Shown piece by piece: positions 25,304 to 38,830 of a stretch of DNA of 64,000 bases. Position numbers and translations under genes: made by a program. The notes beneath the pieces are model-generated. The model saw only the letters and a list, made by a program, of their open reading frames with translations. It ran no database searches and was not told where the DNA came from. The DNA is from Mobula birostris (taxonomy: Eukaryota). Location of the stretch: the NCBI RefSeq assembly GCF_030028105.1, contig NC_092379.1:19507309-19571308 (forward strand). Direction: 5' to 3'. Numbering within the stretch: position 1 is the stretch's first letter; each line of letters opens with the position of its first letter.

Positions 25304-26279
25304 CATACAGTCAAGATGGTGTCACAAATGCTGATATCTCTCTAGCCCTCTCTGTTAAAGGAACGCACCAATATCCCTTTAACAGGTCAATCTTTGTAAG
25401 GTATTTAGCCTTCCCCACTTTATCAATGCAGTCATTCACTCTCTTTCCTTGTTCTTTCTTGTTTCCAGCTTCTTGTTCAACCATCTTACTTTCCTCTAAA
25501 TTCTTTCTGTAAGAATGCTCCTTGATTGGCTGGGCTGAATTTACAATGATGTCATGCCCTGCAGCCATACACCATCTTGGAATGTCAGAAAATAAATCTT
25601 TATGTTTGCTAGTTAATTTTTCAACTGTTTTTGCAGTGTAGGTTCCAAATGATGGACCTTGTCAGTGATATTTTTCAAAACAATGGAACTCTTCAATCTT
25701 GTTGATACTAGATTCAGTGGGTTAAAATGATTTTTCACCTCATTCCCAGCCTCTGCCACCACGACTGTTTTCCTAACTACCCACAGGTGCTACCCTATCA
25801 AATAAGTGTTTATTTTAATTTGAACATTCTGCAAACTTTCCTTTGCAAGGTCACAAACATTGTTAAGTCTTTTCCACACATTGACCCATATTTCCAAATC
25901 AGACCACAGTTCTCTGAGTAGGGTCAAATGTCCTTTTCATCTGTGACCGAACACAGGTTCAAATAGACTACACTCCAATGATTTTTGAATTATATCTCCA
26001 ACAGCAAATAAGAGTAGGGAAACCCCCTCATCTCAGTTTTGTTCCAATTTTTAACACAATGTTGTATCATTTCTTAATGCATGTATGCATTTGTAAATGA
26101 CAATAAAAGAGGACTGAGTGTTCTCATAATCTTAAAAAAATATATTTTTATCATGGTCTTAAGAGTGGAGTTGAACCGTTCCAAGGCTCTCTCGGACTCT
26201 GTGTGATGTGCAGATGACCCAATGTGCTTAGCTCCAAATTCTCCAATTATCCCTGGAATGTTCTCAAAGTAACTGTATG

Positions 26280-28596
26280 CTGACAGACCGACTCGGGGGA
26301 GTGCCATACTAGATCTAGTATTAGGTAACGAACCGGGTCAGGTCACAGATCTCTCAGTGGGTGAGCATCTGGGGCACAGTGACCACCAGTCCCTGGCCTT
26401 CAGCATTATCATGGAAAAGGATAGAATCAGAGAGGACCGGAAAATTTTTAATTGGGGAAGGGCAAATTATGAGGCTATAAGTCCAGAACTTGTCGGTGTG
26501 AATTGGGATGATGTTTTTGCAGGGAAATGTACTACGGACACGTGGTCGATGTTTAGAGATGTATTGCAGGATGTTAAGGATAAATTTGTCCCAGTGAGGA
26601 AGATAAAGAATGGTAGGGTGAAGGAACCATGGGTGACAAGTGAGGTGGAAAATCTGGTCAGGTGGAAGAAGGCAGCATACATGAGGTTTAGGAAGCAAGG
26701 ATCAGATGGGTCTATTTAGGAATATAGGGTAGCAAGAAAGGTGCTGAAGAAGGGGCTGAGAAGAGCAAGAAGGGGGCATGAGAAGGCCTTGGCAAGTAGT
26801 GTAAAGGAAATCCCCAAGGCATTCTTCAATTATGTGAAGAACAAAAGGATGACAGGAGTGAAGGTAGGACTGATTAGAGATAAAGGTGGGAATTTGTACC
26901 TGGAGGCTGTGGAAGTGAGCGAGGTCCTCAATAAATACTTCTCCCTGGTATTCACCAATGAGAGGGAACTTGATGATGGTGAGGACAATATGAGTGAGGT
27001 TGGTGTTCTGGAGCATGTTGATATTAAGGCAGAGGAGGTGTTGGAGTTGTTAAAATACATTAGGATGGATAAGTCCCCGGGGCTGATGGAATATTCCCTG
27101 GGCTGCTCCACGAGGCGTGGGAAGAGATTGCTGAGCCTTTGGCTAGGATCTTTATGTCCTCGTTGTCTACGGGAATGATACCGGAGGATTGGAGGGAGGC
27201 GAATGTTGTCCCATGTTCAAAAAAAGTAGTAGGGATAGTCCAGGTAATTATAGACCAGTGAGCCTTACGTCTGTAGTGGGAAAGCTGTTGGAAAACATTC
27301 TTAGAGATAGTATCTGTGGGCATTTAGAGAATCATGGTCTGATCAGCATGGCTTTCTGAAGGGCAGATCATCTCTAACAAGCCTGATAGAGTTCTTTGAG
27401 GAGGTGACCAGGCATATAGATGAGGATAGTGCAGTGGATGTGATCTATATGGATTTTAGTAAGGCATTTGACAAAGTTCCACATGGTAGGCTTATTCAGA
27501 AAGTCAGAAGGCATGGGATCCAGGGAAGTTTGGCTCAGTGGTTTCATAATTGGCTTGCCTGCAGAAGGCAGAGGGTCGTGGTGGAGGGAGTACATTCATA
27601 TTGGAGGGTTGTGACTAGTGGTGTCCCACAAGGATTGGTTCTGGGACCTCTACTTTTCGTGATTTTTATTAACGACCTGGATGTGGGGGTAGAAGGGTGG
27701 GTTGGCAAGTTTGCAGACGACACAAAGGTTGGTGGTGTTGTAGGTAGTGTAGAGAATTGTCAAAGATTGCAGAGAGACATTGATAGGTTGCAGAAGTGGG
27801 TGGAGAAGTGGCAGATGGAGTTCAACCCGGAGAAGTGTGAGGTAGTACGCTTTGGAAGGACAAACTCCAAAGCAGAGTACAAAGTAATTGGCAGGATACT
27901 TGGTAGTGTGGAGGAGCAGAGGGATCTCGGGGTACATGTCCACAGATCCCCTAAACTTGCCTCACAGGTAGGTAGGGTAGTTAGAAAGCTTATGTGGTGT
28001 TAGCGTTCATAAGTCGAGGGATAGAGTTTAAGAGTCGCGAGGTAATGATGCAGCTCTATAAATCTCTGGTTAGGCCACACTTGGAGTACTGTGTCCAGTT
28101 CTGGTCGCCTCACTATAGGAAGGATGTGGAAGCATTGGAAAGGGTACAGAGATGATTTACCAGGATGCTGCCTGGTTTGGAGAGTATGGATTATGATCAG
28201 AGATTAAGGGAGCTAGGGCTTTACTCTTTGGAGCGAAGGAGGATGAGAGGAGACATGATAAAGGTATATATTAAGAGGAATAGATAGAGTGGATCACCAG
28301 TACCTCTTCCCCAGAGCACCACTGCTCAATACAAGGGAACATGGCTTTAAGGTAAGGGGTGGGAAGTTCAAAGGGGATATTAGAGGAAGGTTGTTTACTC
28401 AGAGAGTGGTTGGTGCATGGAATACACTGCCTGAGTCAGTGGTGGAGACAGATACACTAGTGGAATTTAAGAGACTACTAGACAGGTATATGGAAGAATT
28501 TAAGATGGGGGTTTATATGGGAGGCAGGGTCTGAGAGTTGGCACAATAATGTGGGCCGAAGGGCCTGTAATGTGCTGTACTATTCTATGTCTATGT
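26280..28596 (+). mobile_element. Young CR1 LINE inserted in the Gmr1 integrase region
   Basis: Same family as 6493-8128 (about 90% identical); RT motifs GVPQGLVLGP, FADDTK; ctatgt tail. Confidence 0.93.
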
Positions 28597-30720
28597 TAAA
28601 GTTAATACCCTGGTCAAATTGAATTTCTTTGGGCAGACCTACCAGTGTGAAAAACTTACTGAATGCTTTTACTACAGTCTTTGCCTGGATGTTTCCGAGT
28701 GGCAAGGCTTCAGGGAACTGAGACACAGCACACATAATTGTTAACACATACTGATGACCAGCTGCAGTCTTTGGCAATGGGCCTACACAATCCACTGTGA
28801 CCCTTGAAAAAGGTTCACCAAAAGCAGGTATCAGTTTAAGTGGTGCTACTTGAATAACCTGATTAAGTTTCCCATCAACTTGGCTGGTGTGTCAAGTCCT
28901 GCAATAATTCACACCATCCTATCTTAAACTAGACCAGTAGAATTCCTTCATAATCCTATTCACTGTCTTTCTCTCTCCAAAATGTCCACCGAAAGGCATG
29001 TTTAAAATTTCATCCCTGTAAAGTTTCGGAACTACTACCTGATGCTCAATGGCCCAATCCTCACTTGCAGGCACAGTGGCTGGTCTCCACTTTCTCATCA
29101 ACATCCCATCTTTAAGGTAATATCTCACTGACTCTCTCTGAACCTTCTCTTCTGTGAGAGCTGTCTCCTTTAAAGCCACCATATCTGAATCTTTATTCTG
29201 TTCCTCCATAAATTCCTTCCTCGATAAGGACAAACCTTTTGTCATACATCTTACTCTCATCAGCTTTACTACCCCCTAAGTCCTGCTGGAATATGAAAGG
29301 TAGAAAAGTCGATGACACATCATCCTGGAGAGGTGTCAACCTCCCCCCATTGTTTACTAAAGTTAGCATTATCAATAGACTTATAAAAAACATGTGTATA
29401 TTGTGGAAGAGGCCAAACAATCCATTTATCTCATTCCTACGACCTTTATTCTGACCTGTCTCCTTAGCAACTTCCACCAATGGCGTCTCAAAACCATATC
29501 AATTCTCCTTTTTCTCCACAACATCGTCATGCATAACATCATAACCTTGAAGGTGTTTACCTCCAAATGTCAAAACAAAATTCAACAGAGTGGCACATAC
29601 TTCCTCAGCAGGCCTTTGTCCTGCAAGCACGGTCAAATGTCGTGAAACCAATCTAACTTTCACAATTACTTTATTCAAAAGTCCGGAAACAACACCTTTC
29701 CCAATATCTTCAGTAACATTTACCTCACCGATTTCTATCTTATTACTAACTTTTAAACCTTCCCTCCCCCCCCCCCCCCCCACCAATACAAGTGACTAAG
29801 AATTCTCAATTTCCACTGGTACCAAGGTTAACCGCTTATTCACTGAGCCATAACCATCTGACACAAAAGAACGGCATTCCTTTCCAACCAAGTCGGACAC
29901 CTCAGACCTTAACTGAGCTTCAACACAAGGTTCAGTACCCTGTGAATCCACAGATACTTCAACAATCTGAACACAGGCAATTGGGACAGCTGCCTCTTCT
30001 GGGCCTTCATCACTTGCCCCAGTTTCAAATTCAAGGTCACCCCGAACCTCCCAGCTACTCTCTGGGTAACTCTCATCTGGAGTAGACTCAACCTCGTGGG
30101 ATAAACCAACTTCATCTGCTGTCTTAGCAGACCCCTGCAAGGTGGCGGCATCCTCTTCAACTAGGTATGCATTTACATCAGCAGGAACACAATTTTTAAA
30201 TTCTTCAAACAAAACAAGCTCTTCCGAGCTGTAAAAATCATCAGGGTCTGACACTAAACCTCTCAGCTGCCACATCTCCCTCTTGAACTGTCTCTGTCTT
30301 TCTACCTCTTCTCTCTGTTTTTCTGCCTCTTCTGCCTTGAGCTGTTTCAGTTGCAACTCATGTTCCCTTTTTAATTTTTCCAACTGAAGCTGAAGCTCAG
30401 CCTCAGTAAGTACTTTATCTTCAGCAAACATTTTCAACACATCCTCAGTAAATTGTGTCGTTGAAATATAATATTCAATTTTTTTTGAATTTCTACCTTA
30501 GCCATACCCTTCTTTACCGTCTTAAGTTTCAGCTCCTCAACAATTGTCTGCAATTCATCCTTTTTAGCTCTCTTCAAAACCACAGGGTTTGACAATGCCA
30601 GAAATTTCCTAACATCCATTTCTGCTGTTTTCCCACATGACCAAATCAAAAGGGATTTTCCCCAATCAATTCCAAATAAGCCCCAACCAATTTGTTCATA
30701 TCCCAGACGCAGGCCCCAAT

Positions 30721-31515
30721 TTTGATAGGGACCCAGGACGGGCTAAAGTTCCAGCAGAAATGGAAAACACTTTGGAGTCCAGTATTGCTATTAACTAATG
30801 GTATTTATTAGTAACTACAGAATACAGTAATATAAATGCAGATATATCAAACAGGATTGCAATGATTATATATAAGTAAGTGTGGAAATATATGAAAACC
30901 AAGCTTCTTCAAGTCTAGGGGTAAATGATGATGATGTGTAAAGCTCAGTTCAGTTCGTGGTATTGAGTTGAGTGTTGATGGAGAGAGGGAGAGGGAGAGA
31001 TTTGAGTCTTCAGGTGAGCTGATGCTGTCGATCTTCCCATTGTCCTCCGAAATCCTTTAGAAGTCACCGACTGTGACCACAACAAAGGGACCATTCTTCT
31101 GTGGTGGAATTATCAACCCGTGTGAGGGTTGGACACACAAATGTCTCCCCACCGGTCACTCCCTTTTCACACTGTGAGAGCCGCTGATTGATCCGCCTGA
31201 TCGATCCTCCAAAACCCACCTTTTCTGTGGGCACAACAAAACTCATTCAGTGTCCAAAACCATGTGTCTCCAGGTCTAAGAGCTGACCTTCTATTTATCT
31301 CGCTGTGCTGAATACTAGCTGTCCATCAGGCAGCTCCTCCCTCCTCTCTCTGTAAGAACACAGAAGCTGCCAGCGTCCCTGTAGGAAGTATAAACAAACT
31401 GTGAGCAATCTTTGCCTCTCTCTCTTTCTTTTTAACAAAGTGTCTGGTGTTGAGCAACTCCCTCTCTCTCTTTTCAAAAGCACAGTTCATAGGGGTAATT
31501 AGAGACCCCATCACA
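30721..31515 (-). repeat. 5' LTR of the Gmr1-like element
   Basis: Collinear with 18571-19380; PBS adjacent on the inner side. Confidence 0.9.
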
Positions 31516-34500
31516 ATATATCTAACATGATTACCAATTTGCGGGACTGTCCTGAATCCTTAAAGGAGCTGCACCAGCTATCCGCACTGCGAAGAGTTAG
31601 AGTGTCTAAGTTCCAGAAGCTGGATCTGTTGGGTGCGTCTCTTAACAGGACCCATCACCTATGGCTGACTGCTGACAATCCTGGCTGTTTGTAGAGACAG
31701 TGATGATAGACGTCAAAGAGGGCCAGATCTAAGATGTCTCTATCAGGCACCCAGCACCTCTACTGTGGTCCGAATTCTTCCCAGTCCACGAGGTATTGTT
31801 GAACACCTGGAGCAGTACGCAAGTACAGAAGTCTTCTCACCGTGAAGACCTGTTCCCCCTCAATAAACCAGAGTGGCAGCAGGGCTGGTGGTGGTGGGGC
31901 TAAGGGACTGATGCAGACAGGTTTTAATTTATAGATGTGGAAGGTGGGATTCATCTTTAGAGTCTTGGGGAGCTGCAAGGTATAAGCCATGGGGTTTACT
32001 TTCCTTAGGACTTTGATGGATCCAGTGAATTTGCTTGCCAACTTTCTAGATTCCACACAGAGATACGAATTATAAGTGGACAGCCAGACCTGTTGCTCAG
32101 GGTCTAAATTGGGTCTGTCTTCTCCTTCAGTTTGCTTTGGTCTCTGACCTCTGGATGGAGGCCAGAAAAGTTTCTCATGCCCTAATCTATTTCTGCTTGC
32201 AGCATTGGATGAAATCTTTGGCTGCAGGGACCCCAACCTCTGCCTCCTTGCATGGAAAGAGGGGCAGCGGATAACCAAACTGTCACTTGAATAGTGACAT
32301 CCCATACGCTGAATGCTGTAAGATGTCCACTCATAAGGTCTTTCTGAGGCCAGGCATCTGAAGGTACATTCTAAATCTTGTTTAGTCCACTCCATCTGAC
32401 CTTTAGATTGAGGGTAAAACCCAGAGGAAAAGCTTACTGCTGCCACTATCAGTTTACAGAACACTCTCCAGAAATATGATGTTTATTGTGGACCACAATC
32501 TGAGACAACATCCACCAGGAATCTGTGGATCCTGAAGACCAGCACCAGGACTATTTTGGCTGTCCCCCCTGCAGATGGTTGCTTCTTCAAGACAATGAAC
32601 TTGCAGGCTTTCAAAAACCAATCGAAAATTACCATGATGACCGGCTTCCCCTTGGTTGGCAGGAGACCCATGACAAGGTCCATGGAGGTGTGTGTCCAAT
32701 GTCTTTCCAGAACAGGACGGGGGTGGGGGAGCCCTTGAGATCAGGAATGAGGCTCCTTGTTCCAGTCACACACCTTACATGCTTCCACGAAGGACCGAAC
32801 CTCTTTTGTCATTCCAGGCATCCAGTACCTCCACTTGGTAAACCTGAGGGTCCTGGCAATCCCTGGCAGTGTGGTCATTTTTGACGAATGACCCCATTGG
32901 AGTACTTGTGACCAGAATGAAGTTGGGACAAAGAGCTGACCTAGAAGGCTGTTCTTAGAAATTCCCCCCAATCGCTTGGGCCTTGTGATCAGGATCGTCG
33001 TTTGCTCATCCAATTGCTGTGACCACACTGACTTGCGGCAAAATAGGGGTAGGTTGCTCCTCTCATTCTGGTTCGTCAAACTCACGGGACAGGGCTTCTG
33101 GCTTCTGGTTCTTTGACCCCAGTCAATAGAACAGGATGAATTCAAAAAACAAAGACAACCTGACCTGCTCGGAATGCAGGCTCTTGGCCTCCTGAATATA
33201 AGCCAGGTTCTTCTGGTCAGTCCAAATGATAAAAGGGTTCCTGGCCCCCTCAAACCAGTGACGCCATTACTCCAAAGCTAAGAACTGCAAGGGGCTCCCA
33301 ATTCTCGTTGTCATAGTTCCTCTCTGCCGGGGATAGCCACCTGGAGAAGAATGCGCACAGGTTTAGTTTACCATCCAAAGGTGATCGTTGAGACAAGATG
33401 GCACCCACTCCATTGATTGAGCTGTCCACCTCCATGATGAAGGGGAGGTCCCAGTTAGGAGAAACCAAATTAGAAGCTGTTGTGAACCACTGTTTGAGCT
33501 CAACAAAAGCAGACTCTGCTTCGGTAGTCCAGACGTAAGGGTGTGTAGAATTCTTAATTAGCAAAGGCAGCAGACCTGCACTGAGCTGAAGTTGCTTATG
33601 AACTTCTGGTAGAAATTTGCAATCCCCAAGAAACATTGGATTTGTTTGCTGCTAGATGGTGGCGGTCAGTCTCTGACTGCCTGGGTCTTGGTAAGTCTTG
33701 GTAGGCTCCATCTTGAGATTGCCATTGGAGATGATGAACACCAAAAATGAAACAGTCGTCACGTGAAACTCAGACTTCTCCAACAGAACATCAACTCCAT
33801 GCTCTAGACGCCTCTTTAAAATGTCCCTGACGTTAACGTCGTTTTTCTCCATGGACTTTGAAAAGGTTACGGTATCATCAATGTAGATGAAGGAATACTT
33901 ATCAAGAATATCCATAATGGCTGGAGCATTCACGAGGCTGAAGGGCATCACCAGATACTCGTAGTGCCCCGTTGGTGTATTGAATGCAGTCTTCCACTCA
34001 TCACATTCCCTTATATGGACCAGATGGTACACACTCTGTCATTCCAGATTTGTGAATACTCTCAGTCTTGGAGCATTTCGAAGTCCATGAATGGCAGTGG
34101 GTAGTGATATTTGGCCATCATGCAGTTTAATCCTCTATAATCAATGCACGGCCAAGGGCTTCCGTCCTTCTTTCGTATGAAGCAGAAGCCTGTGCCAGTG
34201 AGTGAGGTGAAGAGCCGAATGAAGCCTGTGGCAAGAGCCTCCTTAATATACTCTTCCACTACACTTCTCTCTGGGCCCAAGAGTGCGCTTAATCAACGCT
34301 GCAGGGGACAAGTACCAGGCAGCAGGTATCGCACAGTTGTGGGGTTGGTGTGTTGGAAGAGTTGAGGCCTTTCCCTTGCTGAAGGCTTCCTCCATGTCCT
34401 TGTAGATGGATGCACTTTCAATGGGTTTGGGTGTTCTATCTCCTTGGACTCTCTTTCGAAGATGATCCCTGAGGCTTTTTAGGCGGTGGGGTGATTCAAC

Positions 34501-36520
34501 TGACCTCAGAGTCCGCTCCCTAGGCTCACAAAGCTCATTCATGGAAACGAGCCAAGTCAGAGTCTAAATCCCAATCAGGATCCTCAGTCAGCGGCAGCGA
34601 GGTGTTACAGAGGGTTCTTTTCCTCCTGGAAACAGGTTTCAAGGCTCGGCATAATGGAGTCTGTTCCATTACTCGAGACCTGGTAGCTGTGTTCTTAAGG
34701 TTGGCTGCAAGTTTCCCAGAGAGTTCGGGCATCTCTTTGGTCTAGTTCCTGTGGGATTCAGACTCGATAGTGTCAGAACTCATACAGTCTCATCGTCTGG
34801 AATCAGTTTCTCCATCCAGGAGGGCAGGACTAAGTCACCAGAAGGTCTTGGATTACTTCGCACTGAGGCTGCACCCTTTTTGGTCATTTCTCATGGGAGT
34901 GTCTGAGTCTTGGAACACCATGCCACAAACAAACCCTCTTACAATGACGGACCAAGAAATTGAGGGGTAGGGCCAGGAGGGGATTTGGTACTCGAATTAG
35001 TGTAGTAAAGGGAACAGATAATATTAGTGTGAGGAATGTGAAACCAACGTTTTGTTTCAATGATTCTCCCCTCCCTCCAGTCCATGGAGGATTATGCTGG
35101 GATAGCCAAGGGTACTCGAGGATCAGGGGTACGTGGAGAATCAATTATGTAGAAACTAATATCATCCCCATGATCTGCTATCCTCATCTGCAAATCCACA
35201 GTCTGTTGCTGGATCCGCCCGGAACTGAGTGGGTGACTGTCCAAGACAGTTGCAGGCATGGCTTGGCTCAACACTCACAGCGGGCAGTAACTTACAGATA
35301 AGTTACAGTACCTGGGCCTTTGTCCCTCCCTCTGCAATTGGATGCTCCGGTTAGGAAGACCACCATTCGTGATAATATCTCCTCCTTGCTGACGATCAAC
35401 ACTGGTGCACGTCAGGGGTGTGTGCTTAGCCCACTGCTTCTCTCTCTCTATACCCATGACTATGTGGTTGGGCATAGCTCAAATACCATCTATAAATTTG
35501 CTGATGATACAACCGTTATTGGTAGAATCTCAGATGGAGATGAGAGGGCGTGCAGGAGGGAGATATACCAACTTGTGTCGTGGTGCCACTGCAACAACCT
35601 TGCACTCAATAACAGTAAGACAAAAGAGCTGATTGTGGATTTCAGGAAGGGCAAGATCAAGGAACACATACCAATCCTCATAGAGGAATCAGAAGTGGAG
35701 ACAGTGAGCCATTTCAAGTCCCTGGGTGTCAAGATCTCTGAGCACCTAACCTGCCCCCAACATATCGACGCAGCTATAAAGAAGGCAAGACAGTGACAAT
35801 ACTTCATTAGGAGTTTGAAGAGATTTGGTAGGTCAACAAAAACACTCAAAAGCTTCTATAGATGTACCATGGAGAGCATTCTGACAGGCTGCCACACTGT
35901 CTGGCGGGGGGCGGGGTTGGGGTGTTGGGTGGCTACTGCACAAGACCGAAAGAAGCTGCAGAAGGTCATAAATTTAGTTGGCTCTACCGGGGGTACTAGC
36001 CTACATAGTACCCAGGACATCTTCAAAGAGAGGTATCTCAGAAAGGCAGCGTCCATTATTAAGGACCCCCAGCACCCATTCCCATCAGATAGGAGGTACA
36101 GAAACCTGAAGGCACACACTCAGCGATTCAGGAACAGCTTCTGCCCCTCTGCCATTTAATTCCTAAATGGATATTGAACCCATGAACACCCCCTCACTTT
36201 TTAAATATATACTATTTCTGTTTTTGCATAATTTTTAATCTTGTTCAATATATGTAAACTATAATTTATTTATTTATATATTTTTCTTTTTATATTATGT
36301 ATTGCTTTGAACTGCTGCTGCTAAACTAACAAATTTCATGACACATGCTGGTGATAATAAACCTGATTCTGGATGTTGAACCAACCAGTGAATCAATGGG
36401 ATTGGGATTAGTGACTGCTACGGTTATAGTCCTCCTGATACTGAACGGTCTTAGCAGTCCTGACTGTTCCAGCCTGGGATGTTCAATCATGCCCACAGAA
36501 CCTGGTCTTAGACTCTCCCA
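31516..36520 (-). mobile_element. Chromodomain-bearing Gypsy (chromovirus), heavily decayed, interrupted by Rex1
   Basis: [32 protein letters not shown]; RH SPAERNYD; INT MDLVMGLLP, SDCGPQ; C-terminal chromodomain FTVRRLL...QYLVDWEEFGP. Confidence 0.85.
35275..36372 (+). mobile_element. Rex1/Babar-type LINE, 5'-truncated
   Basis: [46 protein letters not shown]; 3' end gataataaacctgattct. Confidence 0.9.
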
Positions 36521-38121
36521 GTATAGGAAAAATCCTCTCCACATCCACTCTTATCAAGGCTTTTCAACATTTGATCAGTTTCAATAAGGGCACCACTCAT
36601 TATTCTGAATTCCAGCAAGTACATGAAATTCTCTCCTTATGACAAGCCTTTCAATCTCAGAATGATTTTTGTGAACTCTCCTCAATGTGACCACATTCTT
36701 TCTTAGATAAGGGGCCCAAAAGTGCTCACAGTACTTCAAGTTGGGCCTCACCAATGCTTTCAAAGACTCAACGTTACATCCCTGCTCTTATCTTGTAGTC
36801 CACTTGGAATGAATGCTGACATCACATTTGCCTTCCTCACCACTGACACAACCTGCAAATTAACCTTTAGGAAATCCCGCACAAGGACTCCCAAGTTCCT
36901 CTGCACTTCAGATTTTTGAAATTTCTGTCCGTTTAGAAAACAGTCTGCCCTTTTATTTCTTCTTCCAAAGTGCATGACCATACAATTCCAAACATTGTAT
37001 TCCATCTGCTGCTTCATTGCCCGCTCTCCCAATCTGTTTTAGTCCTTCTGTAGCCTCTCTACTTTCTCAAAACTACCTGCCCCTCCACCCATCTTGATTC
37101 ATGTGCAAACTTTGCAACAAAGCCAACAATACCATCATCCAAGTCATTGACATTTTTCATTAAAAGCAGTCCCACCACTAGTCATCGGCAGCCAAACAGA
37201 AAAGTCTCCCTTTTATCCCATTCTTTGCCTTGTAGCAATCAGCCACTTTATCCATGCTAGTGTCTTTCCTGTAATACCATGGGCTCTTAACTTGTGAAGC
37301 AGCCTCGTGTGCGGCGCCTTGTCAAATGCCTTCTGAAAATCCAAGTACACAATATCCACCGATTCTATTCTGCTTGGTAACTCTTCAAAGAATTCCAACA
37401 AATTTCTCAGGCAGGCTTTTCCTCGAGAAAACCATGCTGACTGTGGCCTGCTTTATGATGTGCCTCCAAGTACCCAGAAACTACAACCTTAACAATCAAC
37501 TCCAAAATCTTCTCAACCACTAAGATCAGATTAACTGGCCAACAATGTCCTTTCTTCTGCCTCTCTCCTTCTTAAAAAGAGGAGTGACATTTCCAATTTT
37601 CCAGTCTTCTGGAACCATTCCAGAATCTAGTGATTTGTGAACAATCATCACTAATGCCTTCCCAGTCTCTTCAGTCACCTCCTCCAGAACCCTGGGGTGT
37701 ACACCATCTGGTCCAGGTGACCTACCTACCTTCAGACCTTTCAGTTTCTCAAGAACCTTCTCCCTAGTAATGGCAGAGTCTCCCACTTCTGCCCCCTGAC
37801 ACTCTCGAAATTCCCATACAGCTCGTGCCTTCCACAGTGAAGACTGATGCAAAATACTTCTTTAGTTCTTCAGTTTGTCCACCATTTCCTTGTCCCCTAT
37901 TACTATCTCTCCAGCATCATTGTCCAGTAGTCTGATATCCATTTTCTTCTCTCTTTCACAATTTATGTATCTGAAGAAACCTTTGGTATCCTTTTTAACA
38001 GTATTGGCTAGCTTACTTTTGTATTCCATGCTTTTCTTCTGTAAGGCCTTTTTCATTGCCTTCTGGTGGTTTTTAAATTCTTCCCAGTCTAACTGCCCAC
38101 CAATTCTTGCTCCATTATATT
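36520..38121 (-). mobile_element. Decayed CR1 (subfamily A)
   Basis: VYLDFQKAFDKAPH; SPGPDGVHPRVL; LVRPNLKYCEHFWAPYLRK. Confidence 0.85.
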
Positions 38122-38639
38122 AACTTCCTGCCATAGGGATTGCGTTTACCAGTCTATAGTTTCTGGCATTTTATGGGATCGATTCCCATCAATGAGAGGA
38201 CTCCTTCATCCGGTTATCAGCAGTCATTTGGACAAAGCCCCAGGATGAGATTGAAAGGAAGAAATCTCAGTCTGTCTCTGTGGGAATGCCCCCAAACGCA
38301 GTATTGTGCAAAAATATACTTGGATCAGAATTTGGAGAGTCACACGTTCACAAAGTCGAGGAGATTTCCAGTGCCTAGAACACAGGGTGCAGAGCAGGAA
38401 GTGAGAAACATGTCCCGGATTTGGATATTAGTCCAGTACACTGGCCTTTGAGGATCTCTCCCTCGTACTCTGACCTCTCCCTCCTTGTCCTTCCTTGTTT
38501 CCCTCCCTCTTTCACCTTCCACCTTCTCTATTCATTTCATCAAGGGGTTGAGTTGGTGATGCAGATACGCAAGTTCAGATCACATCACGGCAGCTGGGAT
38601 GTTTAAACTCAGTTCATTAAACATGTAACTGTGGCTTTG

Positions 38640-38830
38640 ACGAAATGGATTGATGTCCGTGTTTCAAGGAAGGGAATCTACTGACTTTACCTGGTCTGGC
38701 CTGTATATGTCTCCAGGCCCACGGTAATGTAGTTGACCTTTAACTGCACTGTGAAATGACCCAGTAATCCACCCAGTTCAAGAGCAGTTGGGATGGGAAA
38801 GAAATGTTGTTCTACTCACATCTCATGACT
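38640..38830 (+). mobile_element. Ancient chondrichthyan SINE-like repeat, 3' part
   Basis: aaggaagggaatctactgactttacctggtctggcctgtat...gttcaagagcagttgggatggg resembles a common shark SINE recalled from memory; family not assigned. Confidence 0.5.

Larger units (their letters stand above)
18571..31515 (-). mobile_element. Gmr1-like Gypsy LTR retrotransposon (gag-PR-INT-RT-RH order) carrying nested insertions
   Basis: ~800-bp LTRs, TSD ATAT (18567-18570 and 31516-31519), PBS tggggcctgcgtctgggat at 30700-30720, PPT at 19381-19400. SCAN-like gag LFEEFKNCVP; integrase MDCVGPLPKT (28580-29260) lies upstream of RT KIDLLKGYWCVP (25311-25568) and RNase H (19466-20071). Confidence 0.92.
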
